Shown here: positions 1 through 12,800 of the stretch, piece after piece | How positions within the stretch are numbered: the stretch's first letter is position 1 | How the letters are laid out: each line of letters opens with the position of its first letter | DNA from: Antedon mediterranea | Lineage: Eukaryota > Animalia > Echinodermata | Direction: 5' to 3' | Length of the DNA stretch: 64,000 nt | Assembly: GCF_964355755.1 (NCBI RefSeq) | Contig: NC_092670.1 | Coordinates: 32,290,388-32,354,387 of the forward strand | Notes under the pieces: model-generated | What the model saw: only the letters and a program-made list of their open reading frames with translations | Databases searched by the model: none | Told to the model about the DNA's origin: nothing | Position numbers and translations under genes: made by a program

Positions 1-836
1 ATAATTATATTTAAAACATTGCCTTGTTTTTTGTTTAACCTTTTTTGCTACGGCCTTGAACTGTAAAGTAATCATTTCACATGATGACATAATTAATGTT
101 AAAATATGGCTTTGAATATGTATTATAATTTTATACATAAAGTTTGTAGACAGACCGAACCCTTTCGGTTTGTAGTGCTAGACAAAATTGTAATTAATAA
201 GAAATTATACAAGTTTAATTAACAGTTTCTATGAACTCTTTCCATGTAATCATCATTATATCTATTAATAGTGGATAGATAATGTTGGCTTTATTGAAAG
301 AATCAATTATTTTATTACTAAACATATAATAATTAAATATGAAATATTTCTTAAGTTGCTTTCTATTTTTTTTTTTATATCAATATTTAAAAAAACAAAG
401 ATTGAATGACAGTGAACCAAATGTGCTGATTTAAATGGAAAATTAATAGTTATTTAGTTATTTACATTATTTTTTATGACATTTTACGATTGATATCAAT
501 AAAATCATGCCTAAACATTTCTTACAGCTTTCTATTTGTTGCTGAGATCCCGAATAATGCGATAATAATTAATATATTCCAAATAAATATATATATATAT
601 TATTTAAACAGTAAGCATATCTTGTCACTAGAGAATGTAATCACTGTTGTCAAAGGTGAAAATACATTCAAAAGACAAGCCATTAATGAAGTATTATGAT
701 TTTTCCTTGGCCTTATTTTATGTAAAAATGCCCTCAAAATAAATGTGACAGTTCCTTCAAGAAAAATTAATTATTTTATTAAGCATGAAAATTCTGGAAG
801 TGATGTCGAATATACTGTACATCATATTGTAGTGGA

Positions 837-900
837 GTTGTAGCTTTGTGGTTAACATGCTTGCTGTCCAATCTCCAAGGTCTAGGGTTCAATCCTGACC
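837..900 (+). mobile_element. Degenerate tRNA-like SINE head
   Basis: A-box-like TAGCTTTGTGG and B-box-like GGTTCAATCC at tRNA spacing; no full cloverleaf. Confidence 0.4.
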
Positions 901-1510
901 AAGTGCTAGGGTTGTAACTCATGACTCTTTCAACTCCACTTCATGAATCTCAAATGAGACTTAGTTTATAAGCATGATAAATTTTTAAATACTTTATAAT
1001 AATATAATATTTATTTGGAACAACATTTTCTTTACAGTGGCACACATGCGTAGATGGTGCGTCCATAATCTATCCTATAATTGGCGAGTTACTCGCTGTT
1101 GGATGCGTACTGTATATGAAATGAAAGGAATAAAATTTAAAAAAATAGTATCACTATCAATTGTTTTGTACAAAGTGTTCATACTGTACAATAAACAATC
1201 AGGAAGAGAAGTTGAATCGTTTCATGAATGAATAATGATAACTGATTAATTAATTGAGATGTTTATTTCAGCTGGGATGTTTATCCAATCTTTCACAAAC
1301 TATAAATTATGCAAATAAACATAAATTATATAATTTTAGTAATGGCTGACTGATACTGATAGTGTATTTCTACAGTCAATAATAATTATGCCTAGCTTTT
1401 TCACAACATTTTTAAAAGAGATAAGATTTAGAATAATAAACTGTGAATAAATACTACTGGTATTTAAGCTTGATGCCAGCTTATTATCCCAGGGTCATGT
1501 GTTCAACTCA

Positions 1511-2398
1511 GGCCCCGTTTCTGCTGCCAAAAATATACCGTATATATACGGTATATTTTTTGGCAGCAGAAATGGGTCTCATAAAAAATATACCGTATAT
1601 ATTTGCGGTATATATACTGCATAAATATCCCCATCGTTTGTGGATATTATACGGTATATTCCAAAATATACCGTATATTTCGTTCCCCGTTTCTGCTGCA
1701 CTCAAAATATACCGTAAATGTGACCCGACTCATGACACGAGGTCAAAAACTAACAGAGCGCGACACGTTTGTTTTGGTTTTTCTGCTGCACTGAAAGTTG
1801 AAACACACGTGTAAAAGCAAGCAACAGATCAAAATGTCACTGTGGACCGAACAAATCACTATTTTTGTAATTCAATTGTGGGGGGAAGCGAAAGTTGGGG
1901 GGAGACTGCATGGCAACAGAAGAGATACCGAGATTTTAATTACAATAAATCGAATGTTCTTACACAACAACGTGATGTAAAATCATGGTAAAATACTGTA
2001 TAATAGAAAATGGAAATTAAAACGGCAATATAGGATAATATAGCATAATATAAACTCAATTTGAATAACAGAGTTGATTTATAGTGAAATTTCTAGATTG
2101 TGCTTGTATGTGCGGTGTAAATTCGTTGCCACTTCTGCTCATTAGATTTAAAATAGAAAGCAATGCTACGACGTTTTGAGAAACCATCATTGTTTTGTTT
2201 TTGTCAGCATGTACCGGTAGGTAAAAACCTCACTACACGAGGTCAATCCATACTTCCGTCTCACGAAATGCATTTTGGGTAATGAAAGCCAACTTTTTTA
2301 CAACCCACCCACGAAGTATGTGCAGCGGAAACGGTGCACGAATTTCATATACGGTATATTTATACGGTATATTTTGGGTTGGCAGCAGAAACGGGCCC
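1511..2398. mobile_element. Non-autonomous PIF/Harbinger-like DNA transposon
   Basis: 20-bp TIRs GG(C/G)CCCGTTTCTGCTGCCAA, 3-bp TSD TCA (1508-1510 and 2399-2401), subterminal AATATACCGTA repeats. Confidence 0.8.
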
Positions 2399-5300
2399 TC
2401 AGTGTCAGTTTTCATTTCTTAAAATCATGGAGGTTCTTTTTTATACCTCCATGTTAAAATTAACCGAACGGTGTCTTGCTATTGGTCAAATTACTTGTGT
2501 TGCACACTTTCTAGTAAGAACTTTTAACGAGCTTTTAAAAAAACATTTAAATTTAAAAAAAATTATTTTACTGGAAGAAGAATCTTAATCTAATAGTAAA
2601 TTTAAATATCGTTAATAATTCTCCATTTTTACAAATATTTTGTGCAATAACTTGTTTTACTGTAATTTTTTCTGTTTATGAAAGTCAGAGTTGACGAGTC
2701 AAGCCATTCCTGGTGATAGTGGTTTTTCTGCTTTTCACCCTCCTCAGTACTCTGCTGCTATTTTATTTAATTGTGTTGGTTGCCTGTTTGTTCCTGTGAT
2801 TTGCTGAAAGGGATATAAAATAAAATAAATATTTGAATTTTATGTATATATTATATATATTGCAATTAATATTTTTATGAAATTCAACAAAATTGACAAT
2901 CTTATTAATTATTAATTCAAAATGACAGTATTCATGGTCATTCGCATGCCATGTTTGTAACTTAATCCTTTTTCAATTAATACCTGGTACTCTATCTGTG
3001 CTCATTATATATATGCAAAGTAAAATGGTTAATTAATAAAGATAAAGAAAAACAGTTCAATAATAGGTTTACTGGCTATTATTATTGTTTGTGTACTAAA
3101 TCATGCATGATTTTGAGTGTTTTTTCACCTGCATTATTTAGGAACTAATATAAAATAAACTAATTACATATTTTAAAATTATATTAATTACATATGGTTC
3201 TGTGGTCTGGTACATACCCTGCAAGCAGGAGTTTGCAGGTGCGAATTTTACCAGATAGATTTTTTATTTATGAGGTGTTGATGAGGTAATGTTATGAAAT
3301 GTTTCTATAACCATGGAGAAATAAGATTTCTCCATGCTGTAACACATTAATAATAACAGTAAACTTTATTGGGTTACCAAAAAATGTGGTGCTCCATGGT
3401 GTTACCATGAACCTATAAAAAGGTCCATGGTGTTAATAGTGAACAAAATCATTATACATATTATACTATAATGGGTTCCAACTCCTTGCAATAAGTTTAT
3501 TAGGCATACGTTTCCACGTATTTATAAACCAATTCTGCTTGTGAATTCATAACTTCTTTAATTTCTTTTTATAGAACAGTAGATATTCTTTCTTCTTCTT
3601 TAGTGTTTTTCACAACTTTAAATTATTATATATTTTGCTTTTTCCATAATATACATAATGTCAACTGTTACTACTCATTAATATTGTGGTAGGAAAGCTC
3701 ATTATAAATATAAAGTTCATTTCTGTATACTGTACATTAAAAAAAATGTGTACATTTCGTTTATAACAACATAATCATTTATAGAATGATGTGAATCTCC
3801 TCCATGAGTCACTGTGATAAATTAAATCTTTTGTTCAAAGTTGTCCCTATCACCTGCATTTAATTAACATAATTATAGGTACAATGTTGCCATTGTTTCC
3901 AAATGATTTCACAATGTACAGCCCTTGGCCAAACCAAACACCCCTATTGGTGAATGGAACGATCCTGTGACTAAAGTCCTTTTAATACATTGTAGAAATT
4001 CTTAGCATTGTACATATTGCTCAACAGTTTCGTCCTTAACACTGTAAATTCAATCAGTTCTCACTATCCATAGACTGAGGTATGGTTACTATATGTTGCC
4101 TGTCATCAATGGGATTACATTGTTTACCTGACAGAATTGTGGATTATTAAAAAGGATTTACCTTTGGATTTAACTTGATCAATATTACTGAAGAAATCTG
4201 CTAAAATTATTCAACTGGAACTTTACCTTTATTGTATGCTGTGATATTTATTTTTCTATTCAATACAATATGTACAAGAAGGTTGTTATGTAACCTGGTA
4301 TTTTTCTATGTAATATTATATTGTGGCTGTAATAGGTATGAAACAAAGTTTGCACATTTTACTTATTTAAAGTCTATACTAATACATACAGACAATAGCC
4401 TACACTGTCAATAGGGAGATATTATTACTTTATCAGAGCCTCTCCCTGTGTACAGTAGGCATACTAGATTGATGCCTCCTTTGTCAACATTAATTTTTAT
4501 GATTTTCTTACAAGATTTATGACAAGCAATGAAAGAGTATTTAGCAGGTATTTTAAAATGCCCTTTTGTTAAACTACTGTCGTTGATTATGATGATTATC
4601 ATTTTTTTGTTTGCACAGTATATATACGTAGGGCCTATATTGTAATGTAAAAGAGTGCAAGATAAATGTTAACATTCAAATTAGACTTTCCCCTTTAAAA
4701 CAGTTTAGAATTCCAATGACAAGAGGTACTAAATGCCTAGGTATTCTTGATTAAGCTCTAGTTTTTAGAATTTATTTTTAATTTTAGATACAGTTATTTT
4801 GGAAATATTCCGGCTTACAGTACTTTAGGAACGAGGTTAATGGTTACCATATCATTAAAAGTATGATAAACAAGAAAAGTTTATAACTGTGTTACTGTAG
4901 GCCTACTGTAATATGACATTGACATTAACCAATTATACAGGAGATTCATGCTGATCATTACTGTATGTATAGTACAGTGGTTAGATATGGTATTCTTGTT
5001 CACAAAGCAATGTTTGGATGCAGTAATTGTACTGTGTGCATACTGCATAAAGTGTGTACTGTATGTTTTTTTAAAGCTAATTACATGATCTCCAAATATA
5101 AACCAATAACTCTGTCCTGTTACTCTACAGTACATGTAGTGTAAACACACTGTTATGAGTAGTTCAATATTCAAACTCAACAATTCAGTACTGTATAGTA
5201 TTTAGAGAATTTAATCAGTATTGGTTTGAATAAATGAATAATAAATAGATAACACTAATTAAGAATGAGTCATGCAAACGAGGAAAGCCCTGGTATGGCT

Positions 5301-6807
5301 TGGCAGTAACCACATTATAATAAACTATTATTAACTCTACAGTACTGGTGGTAAAGTACATACAGTACTGTAGATATTGAATTCAGATGACAAAACTACT
5401 GTGAGCAACAGGCTTTGATGCACTGTTCATTTGCTGTAATACTAACTGTACATTTAACAAAACACTATATTTCATGTTATGTATTTTAATTTGTATTTTT
5501 CTTGTATATGGTTTTATCTTAACTGTTTGTATTGTATGGAGTGAGTGCAGAATCTGTTTGGGCTTTAGCCTATTCTCATTCCTGGTTATTTTTTACATTG
5601 ATTGATGACCGAATAAATATTATTATTATTATTATTATAGTGAATAGGCAACATCTTATTAAGCCTCATTCGCACTGGACTAAATTATAGAAAGATTTTA
5701 CCGAGAACATGGTAACGTTTCCAATAGTAAAATATTTTCTACGTTACAATGTGAAAACTCTCCTGCAAGTATGGATTCCCAGATGTTAAGCCAAATATTG
5801 ACAATAATATTTAAGGCCCTAAATACATGAGAATGAATTGGCCATGCCTCGCTGTCTGGCCCATTCTATAGTTTTTATTTTATTGTAGTTGTGTATTGTA
5901 CTACTTTCACTTTCATTGGTAGCAAGTGCTATAAGAATTGATGTAACATATGTTCATACCAGTAAACTTTACTAGTTCAAAGTTTGTCTTTAGTTAATAA
6001 TATAATACATATCCAGTAGAGTGCAGTAAAGGTCATTCCTCAATTGTTTTTTTATACATTAAGTAATTCCTAAAATCCATCCATAAAAAACCCATGTTAT
6101 TTACTGTATCAGATGTTTTCAAATTTTATAAAAATTATTCTATCTATCTATATTGGGGTTTGCTATGTTTTTTTGGAGGTTTGCAGGGTTTGCGGTGTTT
6201 AGCAATACCCCTTCTCACAGGCTACTGCAGTACAGGGGTACTTGTTTCAATCTTCCAAATTTATTTGCTAAAACTCACTAACCAATACATAGTACAACTT
6301 GTTCACACTGATAAAAACAAGCATTCAACACCCTGTAGGAACCTCAGTCCCTGCAGGGGTCTGGTTTAAATAAATTGTTAATTCTTCAACTGTAGACTAA
6401 TAAATCTAGGTTATTATACAGTACAGTTGTACAATAGGTACAATGTCTATATCATTAAATCACATTTATGTCATTACCATTTATGGCTGTAGACAGACTT
6501 AATGCAATATACTTAAACTTGCTATAAAAGAACCAAATATTTCCACATACTACAGTATAAAGGAGACACATGATCTAGCAGCACTTACTTTGCAATTTCT
6601 ACTTTTAAATCTATTGTTTCAATTGGCTGTTGAATCATATATTTGACGACAAGCACACTACAGCTATTTGTAGTTCTCTTGTATGTACAGTCATCGTCAC
6701 ATGTCATGTAAATCACTTTCTGACAGATTCATGTCATGTTTTATTTTTTTATTAGGGCTGAGAATCAAGATTTTACGGATACGCCGTACGACTACTCAGC
6801 AGACGAG

Positions 6808-9800
6808 ATGGATGTGGAGGTGGACAGTGACCAGGAGCAAGACTTGGACAAGATGCTCCATTCTTGGCTCGGGGAGCTTGAAAGTGTTACACAGGTGAGT
6901 GAAAAGCTCAGTGACAGATTTTAATGTCAATGTCGAATGAAGTACAGTAATGGAAATGAACTGAAATGTATACTGTATAAAACACTACAGTACAGACAGT
7001 AAAAGTACTGTAGTATTTTATATGCTATGGTACTTTTGTACAGTAACTTTAGGAGAAGCAACGGTGTTGTACTGTAGAAAATTCTGTCTGCGGCCAAAAA
7101 AACTACTGTCTTTCTTTTTACAATTTCAAGATTTCACATCTATCATGAAGCTATACTGTATATACTGTAGGCTCGCAGAATAAGTTGCTCTCAGTCTCGG
7201 GGAAACCAAATATTTACATACTGTAAGGGAACTAAAAGTTTAAATGGTCAGTTCTGAAATTAAAAGATTGCAACAATGTTGAATATTTGAATAGTCCAGT
7301 CTCGATCAGATACTTTCAGCAATAATATGTTTCGGCCACAAAAAAAAATTGAAACTAAATCCAGGCAACAAAAACATGTTAGGCCTTTGGAGTGAAAAAT
7401 GCGCACTGGAAGCTAAATGTGTCTCTCCAAGACCCCAACAATACAATGTACATTCAACAGTACAGTATGATAAACTATTTGATTGACATCAACAAAATAA
7501 ACTATTAAAAGTAAATATGACATGGCAGGAAATGGATGACAATTGAATATTGAGCAAACGAAAGATGTTATTATATTCCTAAATAAACTAACTTTCAAAT
7601 TGTAAACAAGTGGATAGGTAGGATACTTAACTACTGTAACTTACAAGTTGATAGGATACTTACAACATACTTTGTTATATACTGATATTACTATCGGTCC
7701 ATGATGTTATACATTTTCTATATGGATAATGCTAATCATTAAGCACTGTCTTATAAATAACATGAACACTATTAATACACAGTACCGGTTTAAAATTTTG
7801 CTTGAAAAAGCTATTTTTAAACTTTTATCGAACATCCTGATATTATCAGTGTTAACATGCTGTCCCAGCTATCAGTCGGATATGTCTGCCTATTTCATAA
7901 ATGAAGCCAAATTAGTAAGCACGAACAGTTACTGTAGGAAATGGTCAGTTGGAATTTCTTTCACAGACCACAAGATTAACTGAAGTTGCTGCCAAGGAAC
8001 CAAACCACCTTCCCCGACCAACTGTTAGGAAGATTTCTACTTCCTATTGTGGATATAAATAGATCATTATGAATTAGTAATCAGCGGTTACAGGTCCTTG
8101 TGGGATCAGAAACCTGTACATTTCAATCCAACTTCCGATTAGTCAACTCCTCTTTGCACTTAAGTTTACAGTTGCTCAGTACAGGCCAATTCAAAAACAT
8201 ATACAGGTATATCATTAATTTGGCCAAAAATAAAACAATAACAAGTATAAAGAACAAATCAATGAGGCAGGATCACCTACAGTAAATGTTATAATATTCA
8301 GTAAATAACAGTCAAGAGGCTTTCCACAATTTGTTTTATGTTGCATGCTGTAAGGAAAAGTTTTAAGGGTGATGGATAAAAAGACTACTACACTGTAGCA
8401 GACGACGGTACAGTACAGTTCTGAACATCATCACCATATGAGTTGCTTGTACTGTATACTGTAGCAGACGACGGTACAGTACAGTTCTGAACATCATCAC
8501 CATATGAGTTGCTTGTACTGTATACTGTAGCAGACGACGGTACAGTACAGTTCTGAACATCATCACCATATGGGTTGCTTGTACTGTATACTGTAGCAGA
8601 CGACGGTACAGTACAGTTCTGAACATCATCACCATATGGGTTGCTTGTACTGTATACTGTAGCAGACGACGGTACAGTACAGTTCTGAACATCATTACCA
8701 TATGAGTTGCTTGTACTGTATACTGTAGCAGACGACGGTACAGTACAGTTCTGAACATCATCACCATATGAGTTGCTTGTACTGTATACTGTAGCAGACG
8801 ACGGTACAGTACAGTTCTGAACATCATCACCATATGAGTTGCTTGTACTGTATACTGTAGCAGACGACGGTACAGTACAGTTCTGAACATCATCACCATA
8901 TGAGTTGCTTGTACTGTATACTGTAGCAGACGACGGTACAGTACAGTTCTGAACATCATCACCATATGAGTTGCTTGTACTGTAAACTGTATAACTTTTA
9001 GAAATACTGATTGTAGAATAAGCATTCCCTGGCTAAAGCACAGAATATACATTAAGTCCTCGTTATAACAATAATAAATGCATTGTAAAGACAATTACGG
9101 TAATAAATTTCATAAATAACCACTCCTTCGACTCTCCAAGCAGATGTCTGTACACACAAACTTTGCCCTTTAAATCTCTATAAAATTTGTTCTCCATTTT
9201 TTTTTAACCGTACAGAATACTATTTGTTTGATCATGGAGGAAATATTTCCACCGTGGTTTGATGTAGGCGTACCTTTCTTTACAACCTTGCTTCGTCAAA
9301 ATCATACATCACGTTTTCTACCTGTGCACACAGTCAAATCTGGTGCTACTTTACAGTGGCCAGTGCATTTGATTTAAATTTTAAATGTGTTGCTTGATGA
9401 ATAACCCGTACAGATACAGCATCGTGGCGTCCACAGAGCCCCTCAGGTGGCTGACTCACATTTTACTAAGTCTTGTTGACCAACTTTACAATAAGTTCAA
9501 TATTTTTAATAAGTAAAAGGTAAATAAAGTATTAGGCTGTACTGTAGTGTAACTGAATGGTACCACCCACATTGTTCAAAAAAGTGATGAGCCAGCCACT
9601 GGAACATACAGTACAGTAGCTGTTGAAATTGTTACGGTTAACGATATGTACTGTATGTCAGTTGAAAAAGTTAAGATTAGGGAATACACTATATCAAAAT
9701 TATTCTACTGCAATTGCTGCAGTAATATATTTTGTTACTGCAATAAATGTATAATTTTAGCTTATTTAAATGTAGTTGAGTTTATCAGTCACTGCAATAA

Positions 9801-12800
9801 ACAAAGTGTACAATTTTACCATAATCATTCTTGCTAAAATAATTGCAAACAAGTTAAAGAGTAAACAAAGTGTAGTACTGCAGTGTACAGTATTACTGCA
9901 GTAAAGTAATTTGATATAAAAATATCATAGATCAAATCAATGATAACAAATAAAGTTACATTTACATCATGCACATCAGAGAACATGAATAGCTTGATAT
10001 ACAGTTTTTATAATATAAATTAAATATAATTAAAATTTATCCAGTGGTGATTTCCAGCTTAATACTGTAATTCAACAATGTTATCGTTTTTTGCATAGTT
10101 TAACGTAGAATATTCACAATTAGCCTATTTTTTCTCCACAGAGCTTAGATAGTGACCTGATACAGGTCAAAACAGAGGTCCCACAAGCTCCTGCTCCACG
10201 AAAAGACAACCTGGATCTTTTCCAATTGTCTTATTCCAATCTAGAAGGTGAGTTTTAACAACAACTAACACAATTTTAATTTAATTTTAACAAACTGTTA
10301 ATATTTGATGTGTATTTAGTATTCAGCAGCTTTGAAGTATACTGATTTGCTGACCTGCTGCTTCATATAACTGTGATTTTGCATGTCTCTGGACACCTGC
10401 AAAGGGACACCTGGCTTTTACATAATTGTACCTTCTCTTTAGTAGAAAGTACTATTTTATAACACTCGCTATATTAATATTTCTTACTGTAATTCATTTT
10501 TATGTGGCAAAAATAACATTTTACCAGAAATTAATTCAAATGATTTTTATTCTTTTTGGAAATATTATTTTCCAGCTATATTTTAAATTTTAATAATATC
10601 CATTTGTTTTTTTTACATTTAAAATTTTGCCATCAACAAAATCTTTATTATAATAGTTTTTAAAATACTGTACCAGTTTTATTTTTAAAGATTTTAATTT
10701 CTGTTTTGTAAATGAAATTATTAGATTAAAAAATAATTTATAATTACAGTATTTTTCATTGAATATATACTATGTCAACTGAGGACCTGTTTCTATTGCG
10801 GAATAATAACTGATAATAACTAAATAAACTATCTTGGCCATTCAGATAGCATTTTTTTAAATAATAGAAAAAAACACCCAAAAGAATGCCATTTAACTAG
10901 TTATCACTGTGGGACTTTTAGCTGCAACTCAAATAATTGTTTGGCATTGACCATCTATGCATTGTATTTTAGATACATTTTCTTTCGACCACCCACTTTA
11001 CAAAAAAATGTTTTAATCTATTTTCAAATAAAGGCTATTCGTCATGCAGCAGAAAAAGGCCATGCGACACAAGGATATATCATTTGATGCTAATTCAGCT
11101 AGTTTAATTGTTCCTGTCAATTGTTTAAATCTCAGAATATAAAATTCAGTTTAACATGACATGGCCATGATAGAATTGGGTCTCTTCTACTGTAGGCAAT
11201 GTTGTGGCTAGTTGAGTAGCAGCCTTCCTTGGTAGAATGCTTTCAGGATGAGAGAATAGGCTAAAAGGCCTTCAAATATTGATCTGCTAGCCTAGATATC
11301 AAGGCTAACATCACTCTAATTTATCAGAGGTGTGAATTGGATTATTAAACAAAGTTTTTTACAAAGAGAAACAAGGCAACTTACAATATAATGTATATTT
11401 TATTTGCTGATTATGGTTTCTATGGCAATGCTAAACACACTAAGGTATTGGTAGTAGACAAGAGAGTTTTGGGGGAAAATCCCCCTTTACTTTAAGAACT
11501 CCACTTTTGCCAACTGGCAACCTCCCACATTAAAGTGATTGCAAAGGGGAAAAGGTATTCATTAATAGCGATCATAAGTTTAGTATACTGCATATTCAAG
11601 CATCATGTACTGTAGCCAGGAAAATTGCAGGGGTGGGGCGTTTTTTTTTTTCAACAAAAGAGGGAAACAAATTGCCATGAGCATGAGGCTATTCAGACCT
11701 ATTTACCATCACATCTGCTGCTCAAATTCCTAGTTTGGAAAGGGCACTTCAGGAAAAGGAGGTTGCTCAAACTTTCAAACCTCCTGGCTATGGGCTTAAT
11801 TAGTGTACAATAAACTTTTTATAATTTAAAAGATCATCCAACATCCATATTTTCATTTAAAGAGTAATAAACAGTACTGATACCAATTTTTTTTTACATA
11901 AAGCCAATGAATTTATTTTTGCACCGATTTCAAGCTTTGATTTACTTTACCAGTACTGATTGTGGTTGCTATGGGGATGCTAAACATCTACAGTAGCACG
12001 CTGGCATGTGCTGGATAAAACACAGCGCTCTATATTATTTTTATCATTTGCATGCTTTTTAAGTTTTTAATTTTAATGCATTTTATATTTATTGGATCAC
12101 CACAACATAATTTCTTTTTGTATTTGATATGCGAAACAGCCACAGGACAGTTTTTATGCACATCGTCAAGATTAGAAGGTAACCAAGCACCGCATGTTGT
12201 GCTAATTGTCTCGTTAGTTGCCTGCTTACGCATCGTCACGCATTTCTTTTGTAATATGCACGTTTGCTTATATTATATTTTCATGCTTTTTTTCCTATTT
12301 TTTCCTTGTTTTCTCTTTTAATTTACATTCCTTTAATTGCCTGTTTCATTTCACTAACCTTGTTTTCTTCAAATTTATTTTTTTTCTAAAATTTAAAGTC
12401 TTATTTTGACAAAATTGTTTTGATTGGTTGAAAATATTGGTGAAACTAAATTATTTATGTACATTTATGTACATTTATGTACACATGTTTACATAAATTG
12501 TAGCTGGCCAAATGAACATTTTTCAGAGTTAAAGTTATCATTCTATAATATACTATTTTTATATTTAAGAATAAAATGATGTAGATATTATTGGCAGGTT
12601 AGCTGCCATTTTTTTGAAATTTTTTAGCATGGGAAATGAAACATTTAATAAAAAATAAAAATTTTCCAAAATATTGTACTGTGAGTTAATTTATATTTTC
12701 AAAATTATGACAATTTAACATTTTTTGTTGTTTGTTATTTAAATTATGAAAGATTTGGAGTATGTTTCTGGAATAATGTTTTTCTTTTCTTTATAGCTTT

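Noticed and set aside
8363-9094. 243-aa minus-strand ORF with 22-aa repeats
   Set aside because: A by-product of the 66-bp tandem array (multiple of 3, no stop in one frame), antisense within an intron, with no recognisable domain.
12052-12178. Possible alternative first coding exon of RAPH1 ending RLE-G|gtaacc in phase 1
   Set aside because: Phase-compatible, but the sequence is low-complexity and T-rich with no recognisable homology and a weak donor; it needs transcript data.
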